From Basidiobolus meristosporus CBS 931.73 (Eukaryota > Fungi > Basidiobolomycota): 64,000 bases of DNA. A model generated the notes under the pieces. That model worked only from the letters and a program-made list of their open reading frames with translations, ran no database searches and was not told the origin of the DNA. How positions within the stretch are numbered: position 1 is the stretch's first letter; every line of letters begins with the position of its first letter. The translations under genes were made by a program, and so were the position numbers. The DNA lies in the NCBI GenBank assembly GCA_002104905.1, contig MCFE01000092.1, positions 62,001 through 126,000 of the forward strand. Direction: 5' to 3'. Shown piece after piece: positions 13,701-25,890 of the stretch.

Positions 13701-14770
13701 GAAATCAAGAAGATAATCCAGGATGAGCCAGCAAATTTGCAGTACAGGATGAAATACACTACCAAATTGCTGCTGGAAGCCCTATTTCCTATTGCCCTAC
13801 ATTACTTGCTTGCATGTAATACATAAGATATGCAATGGATATGGACATCTTGACTTCAAGTAACATATAGTCCTGTAAATGCCAGGGCTTGGTGGCTCAG
13901 AATGAAACTAGATATTGAGATGCTAGTGAAAGCATGCCCAAATTGCCAAATAAACCAAGGCCAACCACAGAGGATTGCTGAATTCTTTCCCTTAAAGCCT
14001 GTTAAGCCGTTTGAGAGATGGGGAATTGACTTCATTGCAAGACTGCCAACCACCAGGAAATGCAACCATTGGATCCAAGTAGTCATTAAACATGTCATTA
14101 AATGGCTAGTGGCTAAAGTGGCACATGTGGCCAGTGAACAGGAAGTGTTGAGTTTCATCTACCATGAGATCCTTACGAAGTTTGGATGCCCTGTAGAGAT
14201 TTTATCTACAGAGAAGCAAACTTTATGGCAAAGACATTGGAAGAGTACCTGAAAATGCAGCAGACCAAACACTTGAATACCTCAGCGTATCACCCTAGAA
14301 CTAATGAAGTGACTCAGCAGCTTAAAGGATTATTTGGAAAGATGCTGATCACGTACCCAAATGGAACTATCAGTAGATGGGATGGGTATATAGAGATTCA
14401 GGACAACCCTCTCAGCTTTTGTAGGGGGGAATGTTAGGATCCACTGTATGAATGTTGAAGTTACATCTGTTTTTAGTCAGAGCAATTAGTATTATGCTTG
14501 GCCTCTCAGTAAATTGGCATTATCAATCAAATCAGCAGCAATAGTCAGCAAATGAATTAGCAGATCTATATCAGATAGTAATAGAAGTAGTAGGTAGGAT
14601 CTTGTTGGGTGATGATGCTACAATCAAATGAGTTATCAGCCACAAATTACATTAGGTACTACAATTGGTTATTAATTGATTTGGCAAAATATGTATCAGG
14701 AGCTATGGGAACCTCTATTAAAATCAGTTCAATTTTTAGTGAGTGCAATACTAGCTAAACTCTTTGAATT
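10720..14770 (+). mobile_element. Degenerate Ty3/gypsy element (LTR-gag-PR-RT-RH-IN-partial LTR) with internal deletions
   Basis: Zinc knuckle FNCQQQGHIAGYCP, protease IDLGA, RT SPWGA and GLINAPATF, RH CTDASDNAIGGVLSQ, IN WGIDFI; PPT GGGGGGAA then TGTTAGG at 14432; 14432-14770 aligns with ~10720-11157. Confidence 0.85.
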
Positions 14771-15620
14771 GCGTAATTCTGCAGCATTTGCGCTAAGAGC
14801 AGACTTATTTCTGACATCAGGTATTCTAGAGCTTGACAGCTTAGCAGTTTCATTTGTGAGAATCCAAAAGGCAGTCTTACAGGCTATATCCCACTCCAAG
14901 GTAGTGTTGATCATAAGGATACCAGTCAAAGGGGTAATACATGCAGAGAACTTGATAAAACTGTAATATAGGAAAACCATTCCTGGAAATGATCTGAACT
15001 CTGAAATGCTATGGAGCTGCTTCAGAATCTTGATAACCATGATTTTCATGGAGTCTATAGCTGCTCCTGTACTGATCTCTATGTGTACCAGATATTCAAC
15101 ATGTCCCTTGAGGAACTCATACTTTGCAGGCTTGCAATATGGTGAGTTCACTCATAGCTTCCTGAAGACATTTTGATTTTGCACTAAGGGGACATCTTCT
15201 GGCTTGCTCTATACTAATAAATCATATGAGTAGATTACCACAAGCCTGTCTCCGTACTCCTAAAAGACAGCTTGTATCAAGGTTATGATTGTTACAGGGG
15301 CACTGGTGAGGCCAAGATGCAAGATTAAGAACTCATAATGGCCATATCAGGTCCTGATTACTATCTTAGGGATATCTTTGGCTTCACCCTAATGTGGCTG
15401 CATACCAGTATGAAGTGACATAAGGTCAATTTGCTAAGTATTGAGGCTCCATTAGTTAGTCCAAAGCTCATTATTCACAGTGTGGTGTATTTCATGCTGT
15501 AACTGAGCACAGGCTCTGCACTCAATGACCATCCTTAGTGATCCACTCTTCTACTTCTCCAGTACAATGATGCTCCCCAATGAGACTAGCTTGGCCTTAT
15601 GTATCCTGCTCCAATAGTTT
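14770..15620 (-). mobile_element. Ty3/gypsy RT fragment (same family as 10720-14770)
   Basis: KYEFLKGHVEYL, ITPLTGIL...WDIACKTAF; collinear with 17400-18020. Confidence 0.8.
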
Positions 15621-15639
15621 GCCAATTTGTCTTGGTAAA

Positions 15640-17345
15640 ATATTTGACTATTTGGTATCATTCAGCAGCCAAAAGTTTACTTAACAATTCTACGGTATTA
15701 ATGCTGGTGTAGATGATGAAGAAAGGATACTCTATCTACTTTGCAGCCTACCAGATGAGTGTGAGCCACTCATACTTTCTTTTGAAAGCAGAGGAGATAA
15801 TTTGACTTTGGACTATGTCAAAGGATGACTTCTTCATGAAGAACTCAGATGTAATGCTCAAGCAGAGAAAATTGAAGACAATGCTTTATTCAGCTCAGAG
15901 TGGCACACAGAAAAGAAGGGGAATCAACAAAACCAAAGAAAACCTGGTTGCTGTAGCTACTGTAAGAAACCAGGACACTGGGCATCGAGAATGCAAGAAG
16001 AAACAAGCAGACAAAAAGCCAGAAATTGGAGCAGGCAAACCATATAACTACTGAAGAACAGTTATTTGTAACTGTACAAGAGAGTGCAAGTAACCAAAAT
16101 ATTGAATGGAATATTGACTCTGGAGCATTGCAGCATACTTATGGTATAAAGGAGTGGTTCTGCAACTTAAAGACTATTCCCATAAGAATGGCTTATCTGG
16201 GAGGAAACTCTGCACTGGAAGCTACCACCAGTGGCTCTATACTACTAAGTATGAGTGATATCTCAGGGGCTACAGCAGCAGAACTGACTGACATACTCTA
16301 CATCCCTGGAATAGTCAAGAACTTACCCTCAGTCAGTAAAGCAACTGCTCAGGGACTGAAACTTGTTTTTACTAAGCTGAGCTGCTCAATATTCAGTGAA
16401 AATGGACAAAAATTAGCTTTGAGTGTCAAGTATCACAATATATACAACTTACAATGCAAGACCATTGTACCTGAGTATGTAAACACTGCCAAAGCTGATG
16501 AGACTAAAATGGAGACATTGCAAAGGAGGCCAGGGCACAGTTGTGAATAGAAAATGCAATAATTAGTGAAAATCAGCTTGCTTTAGGTCTAAATTACTCA
16601 ATTCCAATCAAACTCAGGTTCTGTAAGGTATGTTCATATGACAAACAAGCTAGGCAACATTTCAGGAGCTCAGGAGGCATCAATACTACTAAGTTACTGG
16701 CTATTATAAGCTCAGACTTATGTGGGCCCATGAGAACACTGACCTTTTGAGCATAGAAATACTTTATGATGCTTATTGATCATAAGAGAAGATGTACATG
16801 AGTGTACTTCCTCCAAACAAAGGATCATGCTTTAGGGATGTTTTAACAACTCAAGAACATGACAGAAACACAAACAGGGTGCAAATCAAAGGTACTGTAC
16901 AGTGTTAATGGAGGGGAATACCACCAAAAGGAGTTTGCAAATACTGCTCATCTACTGGTAAACCTCAGCAGATCACTATTCAGCATACTCCACAGCAAAA
17001 TGGAGTAGGAGAATGTGCTAATGGAACAATGGTAGTGATGGGAAGATCTATGCTGCATGATAAGGGAATGGCCTACATGTTTTGGGCTGAATCTGTTGCT
17101 ACTGCAGTATACATCAGAAATAGATTCCAAGCAGCAGCACTACTTGATTCTACAGCCTTTGATGCATATACAGGCAAAAAACCTGACCTCCAGCACCTCA
17201 GAATCTTTGGCAGTGGTGTATTTTATCACATCCTTGACAAAAAATGCTCAAAGCTGGAACCACAAAGTAGAACAGGGATCTTGCTTGGGTGCTGTGATGA
17301 TACCAAAGGGTATGGAGTGTATGATGGCAAAATTCAAAGCTATGT
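15640..17345 (+). mobile_element. Degenerate copia family A relic A5 (~55 bp LTR start fused to mid-gag, then PR and IN)
   Basis: 15640-15695 matches the LTR start; zinc knuckle, IDSGA, FWAESVATAVYIRNR, PDLQHLRIFGS. Confidence 0.85.
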
Positions 17346-17349
17346 CCCA

Positions 17350-19530
17350 CTTGTAGGTATTGTGTTTTGTGAGGATATCAATTAAAGGGGCTGCAATACT
17401 TGCAAAGGACTTGACAAATCTTCAATAATAGGAAACCATTTCAATAAATGATCTGAGCTCCAATATGCTGTGGGGTTGTTTCAGATTCATAATAACTTTG
17501 ACCTTCTTAAGGTCTAAGGTTACTTCTGTACTAGTCACAATGTGTCCCAGATACTCAATATGTTCCTTGAAGAACTCACACTTGGGTAGCTTGCCATAAC
17601 GCCTGTTCTCTCTTAGCTTTGTCAAGACCTTTTCAATGTGCACCAAGTGATCCTCTTCTGTCTTGCAATATTTTAATAATCATCTAGGTAGATTATCATA
17701 AAGTTGTCTAAGTACTCCTGGAAGACAGTCTGCATCAGGGTCATGAATGTTGCATGGGCATTGGTGAGGCCAAAACTCATGACTAAGAACTTGTAATGTC
17801 CATATCTGGTCCTGAATGCTGTCTTAGGGATGTCTTCTGGCATCACCCTAATTGGGTTGTATACTGACATGAGGTCAATCTTGCTGAAAATAGTGGCTTG
17901 ATTGAGTTGGTCCAAAAGCTCATCAATCCAAGGTATGGGGTACTTATTCCTCACAGTAACTGAGTTGAGGGCTCTGTAATCAATGTATATCCTAAGTGCT
18001 CCATCCTTCTTCTTCACAAAAAGTAATGGTGCTCCCCAAGGTGACTTGCTGGGTCTGATATAGCCTTGCTCCATTTACTGATCTATTTGTCTTTTTGTCT
18101 CTTCCAACTTCAATGGACTCAATCTGTTAGGTGTCTTACTCACTGGAGGGCTATCTCCTGTTTTAATGACATGATTCACGTCTCTGACTGGTGGTAGGCT
18201 TACAAGCTCATCTGGAAATACATCTGAATATTCCTTCAAAAGAGTCTGGACCTTCTGGGGTATGGGAGTAGAGGAATCCTCCTTTAATACTGTCATGAGG
18301 AACATCTGTGTGCCTTTTCTTAGTGCTCTACAGAACTGTATCTTGCTAAGTTCACTTGTTTTGCACATACTGGAATTGACCAAGTTAAAATACAGTCTGT
18401 CAGGTAATAGCTCATAGGTCTTGTTGTCCTTGTAGATATGATTAGCATGGGTTCTCCAGTTGATTGATGGATTACAACAAAATAGCCATGTTTTCCCAAG
18501 TAGAAGGTCAAACTTGCAGTTCCCAAATATATAGACCTGTAGATCTTCTTCATAGTCATTGATCTTCATCCTTACAGGCTGAGCAATACGGTTGATTATG
18601 TGAGAGCTCCCATCAGCTGCTGAGACTGAAGCTGATTTGGTGGGTTCCAAGTTGATTCCAGTTCCCTATGAAAAATTCCAAACTTGGAATTCATCTGATT
18701 TTTAGCTGGTATTCTGCTGGTATTCTGATGGTATTTTGCTGGTATTCAGCTGGTGTTTTGGGTTCAAAATTTCAAATGCAATTTTTGGTGGAAGTAATGG
18801 GCAGCAAAATACCAAATTTGGTATGGATGCTAGTTGGCCTAGTCTCCTCCTGGAGAACTTGTTTGCTTGCCTTCCCATCAGCTCAGAACAGAGATATTGA
18901 GAATTGTCAATTTTGAGGAACTTGAAATTCAGCTGATACTATGATGGTATTTTGTTGGCCTTTTCTCAATTATTTTCTTGGGGAGTTTTCAAAGCAAATT
19001 GCTCTGACATGTACTAATGCAATGCTCTTGGCTCAATCATGATCCTGGTAGGCACTCCATTGATTACTCCATTCAAGTATAATAGCTTTCCTGAGTTTGA
19101 GGTCATCTGGGATAGGTATTCTTCTGTCATGTGGAAGGTGAGTTTTGAGTCTTCCTTAAGCTCATCCGCCATGTTACTATTCTCAAGGGCCTCGATATGA
19201 TTAAAAGTTCTTGATTGCTGGTGTCCATTTCTTCTCTGAGGGCAGTACTTTGCAATATATCCCTGCTGGTGGCAATTGAAACAAAGTGCTTTCTTCTTAC
19301 ATTCTTCTGAGGTAGGATTCTTCTGCATAGTGCCTATATCCATTGGCACTGCTTCTGATTATCTTCTTTCATAGTGATTGTAGCCTCTCTGGCTAGTCAT
19401 TGTGGGCTTCCCAACTCCAAACATTGCTGAGTCATGGTCAATGGCAGTCTTGATGACTTCTTTGATAGTGTGAGGTCTTCAATAATTGACTTCCTTACAA
19501 GTTCTTTCTTTCAACCTAATCAAAGCTACT
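17350..19530 (-). mobile_element. Ty3/gypsy fragment (gag C-terminus, PR, RT), interrupted by a MITE-like insertion
   Basis: [56 protein letters not shown]; paralog of 11740-13220. Confidence 0.9.
18664..18983. mobile_element. 320-bp non-autonomous MITE-like element related to the CACTA-like family
   Basis: CCCTATGAAAA...TTTTCTTGGGG ends, flanked by AGTT at 18660-18663 and 18984-18987; tandem GCTGGTATT repeats; the gypsy paralog near 12270 lacks it. Confidence 0.8.
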
Positions 19531-19766
19531 TGCATTAGCAGCTGTAGAATACAGTGTTGTTGACTCACAAACAAGCATTGTATCAGTTAATAGCTCTGAA
19601 ATTGGGGTTGTCAGGATCATGATTCAAGTTTCAAAAGATCATCATTGACAACCTTATAAGTATCTTGATAGACTACTGAATAGAAATGAGCTTAACTCTC
19701 CATCTATCAAGAAAGAAGCACGGGGAGTACTGTATGTACATAAAAAGCTAAAGCCATACTCAATAG

Positions 19767-20745
19767 TATTGTAAGAATTTGTAATTCCACCTAAATATTC
19801 ATCTGACCAAGTCTCTTATATTATTACCTTCAAATCTCAGAGAATACTGACCTAAATCCTTGTTGGAATTTACTTAGAATATTCTCACCAAAGTATCAGG
19901 TGCCCAGAATATGAAAATTCTAAGCTGTCAGCCAGCATAATTAAAACTATAGATCTTATCATGTTGCAGCTGTTAAGTGGATCTTTAGATATCTGAAAGG
20001 AACTGCTGATATCTGCTTAAGATTCACTTATAAGGATTCAGAACAGGATTTTGTGGGATACTCTGATGCTGCTTGGGGACAAAATTTGGAAGACAGAAGA
20101 TCAAGCACAGGATGCACCTTTCCTTACTGTAAAGGAGCAATTTCATGGAATTCCACAAAGCAACCAACTGTAGCACTTTCTACCACCAAGGCAGAGTATT
20201 TGGCAGCCTGTGAAGCTATAAAAGAAGTAATGTGGTTAAGAAAGCTTTTTTTAGACTTTGGCCTATATTGAAAACTGCCTAATACTTTATTTCAAGATAA
20301 TCAAGGATGTATACAATTAGGCAGCAATCCAACTTCTCATGCTAGAAGTAAGCACATAGATATTAGATGCAATTTCATATGTGAAGCTATAGGGAATAAC
20401 TTAGTTAGCTTAGATAACTGTCCCTCAGATGAAATGATTGCAGACATAATTACTAAACCATTAGCTAGAGACAAGTTTGAATATCTTAGGTTGGAATTAG
20501 GACTAGTCAGTGTGAACCTTTAGCTGAGTGAGAGTTGAGGAAATTTATAGTTCCACCTAAATATCAACCTAGCTTAGTCACTTAGCTCATTACCTTCAAA
20601 TCTTAGAGAATACTGACCAAATTCCTTGTTGGGATTTACTTAGAACATTTTCACCATAGTAGAGGTACCCTGAACATGAAAATTTTCAAGGTAGTCCAGG
20701 CAGCCCCAAACTTTGCACACATGCTCTTGGGACCTTCCTTATCCT
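19767..20745 (+). mobile_element. Copia family B relic (partial LTR fused to RT end/RNase H, then partial 3' LTR)
   Basis: [33 protein letters not shown]; LTR-B homology at 19767-19925 and ~20535-20745. Confidence 0.85.
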
Positions 20746-21876
20746 ACAATATCCAGCTTTGAGGAACAAATGCTCAAGACCCTGAGAAGCAATCCACCCT
20801 TGAATATTATGATGTGTAGAGCACACAGTATCCAACACATGTTTCAAATGACAGCTCATTTGAAGCAATATTTAAGGAGTTATGATCAAAAAACTAAGCC
20901 CTTTAAGGCACCCCTTTAGTGTAAAGTCCACTTTAGTGACTACTGTGAGAAGCTCCTTGACTCTAAAGACCCCTTTAGTGACTCCTACACTGCACCCCTT
21001 TAGGTTAATGGGTAGCCCAGAGTTTCCATAATGAGAAGTATACTCTTAGAAAGGAGAGTGACTTTGAAATAAGCAAAAGCTACTATAAACATGAATTAAC
21101 CCAATAGTCAGCAGAAGGTTAGAACACTACTGTTGATGTGAAAAAAACTGCCTATAGTATGCTTTGAGCCTAAGAGTGAGGATACTGATGAAAGTTACAT
21201 CTTCTATTGTATATCAAACACCCAAGAAACTATTTCAGTGTTAGCATGCTGGAAGTTGTTGTATATTGTTGATCATTCTCTAAATTATGGAACAAGCCCC
21301 AAACTAATCATAAAACAACACAACACAGGGTCTATAACTTGACACTGCTGGCATTATGATGGAATTGTTGCAGGATCCTGATGGCTGACCGTATGAAGAA
21401 TAATTTACTGCGAAATAAAGTTATAAGACTTGACAGTGTTTGATTGGTGCTGTGTTGATAATTGTGTGGCACTGTTGCCATCTTAAAGTGCTCTACAACT
21501 ATTTCAAATGGATCTAACTGGCCAGTACATCCAATTGTTTTATAAGGCAGCAAACTTGACGGCACTTTGATGGTGTTGCAATTTAAGAAGTGATTTGGAT
21601 ATAAGGAACTTATCAAGAAATAGTGATAATAGTTGAACTGTTGTTTATTCATAAAGAAGCTCAGTATTTATACCTTTGTAGAAGTAATACAGCTGCAACA
21701 CTAAGTAGGGAGGGTTTCTCAATATTCAGGAGCATTCTGTAACAGTTTCAGGGTTAGTACATAATGTTTGGTAATAGTGCTAATTTGATCCTGACTATAG
21801 GGGAATAATCATAAGATCATATATCTGGAGAAAGTGGCAAAGTTAAGGCAGTAAATGAGTCCTACAGTGACTAAGA

Positions 21877-24800
21877 CTAGCCTAGAATTGTTAAGTAGAT
21901 TTTTAGCTGCTGAATGATACCAAATAGTCCAATATTTGAGCACTCCCCCTCAACTAAATAATTTCTTAATCCCAATTTCTCTCTAAGGATCTCAAACTGT
22001 GGCCTAGCTAGTGGTTTTGTCAATATATCTGCCACCATTTTGTCAGTTTGGCAGTAAACCAGCTCTACTAAGGTATTTTCTACAGCTTCCCTCACAAAGT
22101 GATGCTGTATATCAATGTGCTTAGTTCTGGCATGATTAGTAGGATTTCTAGCTAATGAAATACAACTTTGATTATCCTTGTAAATACATTTTGGTTCACC
22201 TGAATTAAAACCTAAGTCTTTGAATAATTTTTGTAGCCATATAGCCTCCTTAGTTGCTTGACATGCAGCCATATATTTGGCTTCAGTTGTAGATAGTGCC
22301 ACAGTTGGTTGTTTCTTGCAATTCCAAGTAATAGCTGCACCAGCATAAAGAAATACATAGCCTGTGGTAGAGCGTCTGTCAATCAGATCTCTACCACAAT
22401 CTGAATCACTATAACCATCAAATTTTTGCCTATTAGCTGCTCCAGAGTATTCCAGTACCATATTTATGGTACCTTGTAGATATCTGAAAATCCGCTTAAC
22501 TGCTGCAATTTGATCTGATCCATAATTCTGCATGAATTGACTGACTATTCCAACGGCTACTGCAATATCTGGACGTGTAGACACCATCAAGTACATTAGG
22601 CTACCAACCATTGATTGATAGGGAAAGTTTTGGTCCATATTTGAGCCGTTTTCATCTATAACTGGCTGAGATTTGCTTAATTTCAGGTTATTGTCCATAG
22701 GGGTTGCTGCAGGCTTGCAATTTTCCATTTTGAAGCATCTAAGAATGTCCCTGATGTACTTAGACTGATTCAGCACAATTTTCTGTGTAGGTATGTCAAA
22801 TTTGACCTCAATTCCAAGAAAATAGCTCAATTTTCCAAGATCCTTCATCTCAAACTTGCTGAAGAGATCTGATTTCGTCAGTTTAAGTGCCTCTTGATCA
22901 CTTGTAGCTATAATTAGGTTGTCCACATAAAGAACTAGGATGATCACACCCTTTTTGAGCTGTTTCACATATATACTGTGATCTGCAGTGCTACGAGAGA
23001 ACCCAATTTCCTCTAGATATATGTCAATCTTGTTATACCATACTCTGGGTGCCTGCTTAAGCCCATACAATGATTTTCTAAGTTTGCACACCTTATGGGG
23101 GCTTTTTGAATCGGTAAAACCTTCTGGTTGCTCCATATATATAGTTTCTTGCAAATCCCCATTTAGAAAGGCTGTTTTGACGTCCATTTGGTGTAGATCT
23201 AGACTGTGTACAGCTGCCAGGGCTAGAACTGTCCTAATAGAGTTAAACTTGGCAACCGGAGCAAATGTTTCCTTAAAGTCTAGTCCCTGGATCTGGGAAT
23301 AGCCTTTAGCTACCAATCTAGCCTTGTACTTATCAACGGCACCATTTGAGGTTATCTTGATCTTGTAGACCCATGTACATCCATTTGGCTTTCTCCCATT
23401 TGGTAAATCTACCAGTTCCCACGTTTTTGCCTTGATCAGTGATTGCTACTCCTCCTGCATGGCTTGTTGCCACTTAGTAGCATCTGGACCTTGCATTGCC
23501 TGTTCCAGATTCTGAGGTTTGGCACATAAGGCAAGATAAGCTTCTTCATGATCATTGGATGTCTGCCACCAGGATCCAGGGGCATTTCTTATTCTGGTAG
23601 ATCTCCTAACTGGGATAATCTGTTCTGATTTGGAACTGGTTGAAATATCTTCCATATCTGGGAGATATTGGTACGTATCTTCTTCATCAGTGATGATTGC
23701 ATCATCAGGCAGCTGGCCAATGATTTCTGTGGCTTTCTGATCAGAATTCTCCTCAAATACAACGTCCCTGCTCTTGATCAGCTTCTGAATTTTGCCATCA
23801 TACACTCTATACCCTTTAGTATCTTCACAATACCCAAGAAAGATCCCTTTTCTACTCTTTGGTTCCAACTTTGAGCGTTTTTTGTCAGGGATGTGATAAA
23901 AAACATCACTGCCAAAGATCCTGAAGTGCTGGAGATCTGGTTTTTTGCCTGTATATGCTTCAAAGGGTGTAGAATCACGTAGTGCTGTTGTTGGGCATCT
24001 GTTCTTGATGTATACAGTGGTAGCAACAGATTCAGCCCAAAACTTGTAGTCCATTCCCTTATCATGTAGCATAGATCTTCCCATCTCTACTATTGTTCTA
24101 TTTGCACGTTCTGCTACTCCATTTTGCTGTGGAGTATGAGGAACTGTGGTCTGTTGAAGTATACCAGTAGACAAGCAGTATTATGCAAACTCCTTTGAGC
24201 AGTATTCTCCTCCATTGTCACTTTGTAGTACCTTCAATTTACACCCAGTTTGTGTTTCTGCCATGTTCTTGAAGTGCTTAAACGTCTCTAAAGCTTCATC
24301 CTTTGTTTTGAGGAAGTACACCCATGTATATCTTGTCTTGTCATCAATAAATGTCATCAAGTATCTCTTGGCTCCAAAGGACAGTGTTCTCATGGGGCCA
24401 CATATGTCTGAGTGTACAATAGCCAATATTTCGGTAGTATTGATGCCTTCTGAGCTCTTGAAATGTTGCCTAGCTTGTTTGCCATATGAACATCCCTTAC
24501 AAACATTCAATTTGGTAGGAATTGAGTATTGTAGGCCCAAAACAAGCTGATTTTTCACCAATTGGCTCATTTTCTGTTCCCCTATGTGTCCTAGCCTCCT
24601 ATGCCACGTCTCCCAGTTGGTTTCATCAGTTTCAGCAATGTTGACATACTCAAGTACAATGATCTTGCATTGTAACTTGTATATATTGTGATCTCTGATT
24701 CCCAAAGCTAATTTTTGTCCATTTTCACTCAATATTGAGCAGCTCAGCTTAGTAAAAATGAATTTCAGTCCCTGAGTAGTTGCTTTACTGACTGAGAGTA

Positions 24801-25854
24801 GGTTCTTAGCTATTCCAGGTACATAGAGTACGTCAGTCAGTTTTGCTGTTGTTGCCCCTGAGTTATCACTCATATTTAGTTGTATAGACCCACTAGCGGT
24901 AGCTTCCAATGCAGAGTTATCTCCCAGATAAACCTTTCTTGCGGGAATAGTCTTTAAGTTGCTGAACCAATCCTTTATACCACAAATATGCTGTGATGCT
25001 CCAGAGTCAATATACCATTCATTACTTTGGTTACTTGCACTCTCTTGTACAGTGACAAATAACTGTTCATCAGTAGTTATATGGTTTGCCTGCTCTAGTT
25101 TCTGTTTTTCGTCTGCTTGTTTCTTCTTGCATTCTCTTGCCCAGTGTCCTGGCTTCTTACAGTAGTTACAGCAGCCAGGTTTTCTTTAGTTTTGTTGCTT
25201 TCCCTTCTTTTCTGTATGCCTTTCTGAACTGAATAAAGCATTATCTTCAATTTTCTCTGCTTGATCATTACGTCTGAGTTCTTCATGGAGAAGTCTTCCT
25301 TTGACATAGTCTAAAGTCAAGTTGTCTTCTCTGCTTTCAAAAGAAAGTATGAGTGGCTCATACTTGTCTGGTAGGCTGCAAAGCAGACAGAGTATCTTTT
25401 CTTCATCATCTACACCAGCATTAATACTGTAAAGTTCTTCTGCAAGTGTCTCCATTCTGGTAATGAGTTGTAGCATGTCATCATCTGGCTTTTTTCTCAT
25501 GTTGAAGAACTTTTGTTTCAAATAAAGCTTGCTTGATACTGACTTTGCTCTAAAGATCTTCTCTAAGGATTCCCATGCTGCTTTGGCAGTATTTGAGGCA
25601 TGGATTTGTCCAATGAAGGAGTCTTGCACATTGATGCATATTGCATTGAAGGCCTTTCTCTCCTTCTCTTGAAACTTCTCCACATCTTCTGCTGTTCCTT
25701 TGGGCTCAACTTCCTTTCCGGTTACTATGTTCCAAAGCTTTCTTTCCTCAAGGTGGATCTGCATCTTGATTCTCCAAAGTCTGTAGTTCTTCCCATCAAA
25801 CCTCTCCTTTACAGGGAAGATGTTGGTATTGCTTTGTTTGCTGGTAGAAGTCAT
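21877..25854 (-). pseudogene. Single-frame copia gag-pol (gag, zinc knuckle, PR, IN, RT, RH; ~1325 codons) with three in-frame stops and RT YVDD changed to YVDN
   Basis: ORF pieces ending at 25186, 24181, 23446 and 21877 are all in one frame; CNYCKKPGHWAREC, IDSGAS, VHSDICGP, QQNGVAER, LYVDNL. Confidence 0.92.
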
Positions 25855-25877
25855 CTTTAGAATAGATTAAGGCAATC

Positions 25878-25890
25878 GGGGCTCATAACC
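25878..25890 (-). promoter_or_regulatory. Primer-binding site GGTTATGAGCCCC (internal/half initiator tRNA-Met type)
   Basis: Immediately 3' of the 5' LTR; same motif at 36264-36276 in family B; matches the Ty5/Drosophila copia-type PBS as I recall it. Confidence 0.8.

Noticed and set aside
18690-18745. Short tandem GCTGGTATT repeats as a possible CRISPR-like or satellite array
   Set aside because: About 10-bp units with no spacers; explained as transposon subterminal repeats in a eukaryotic genome.
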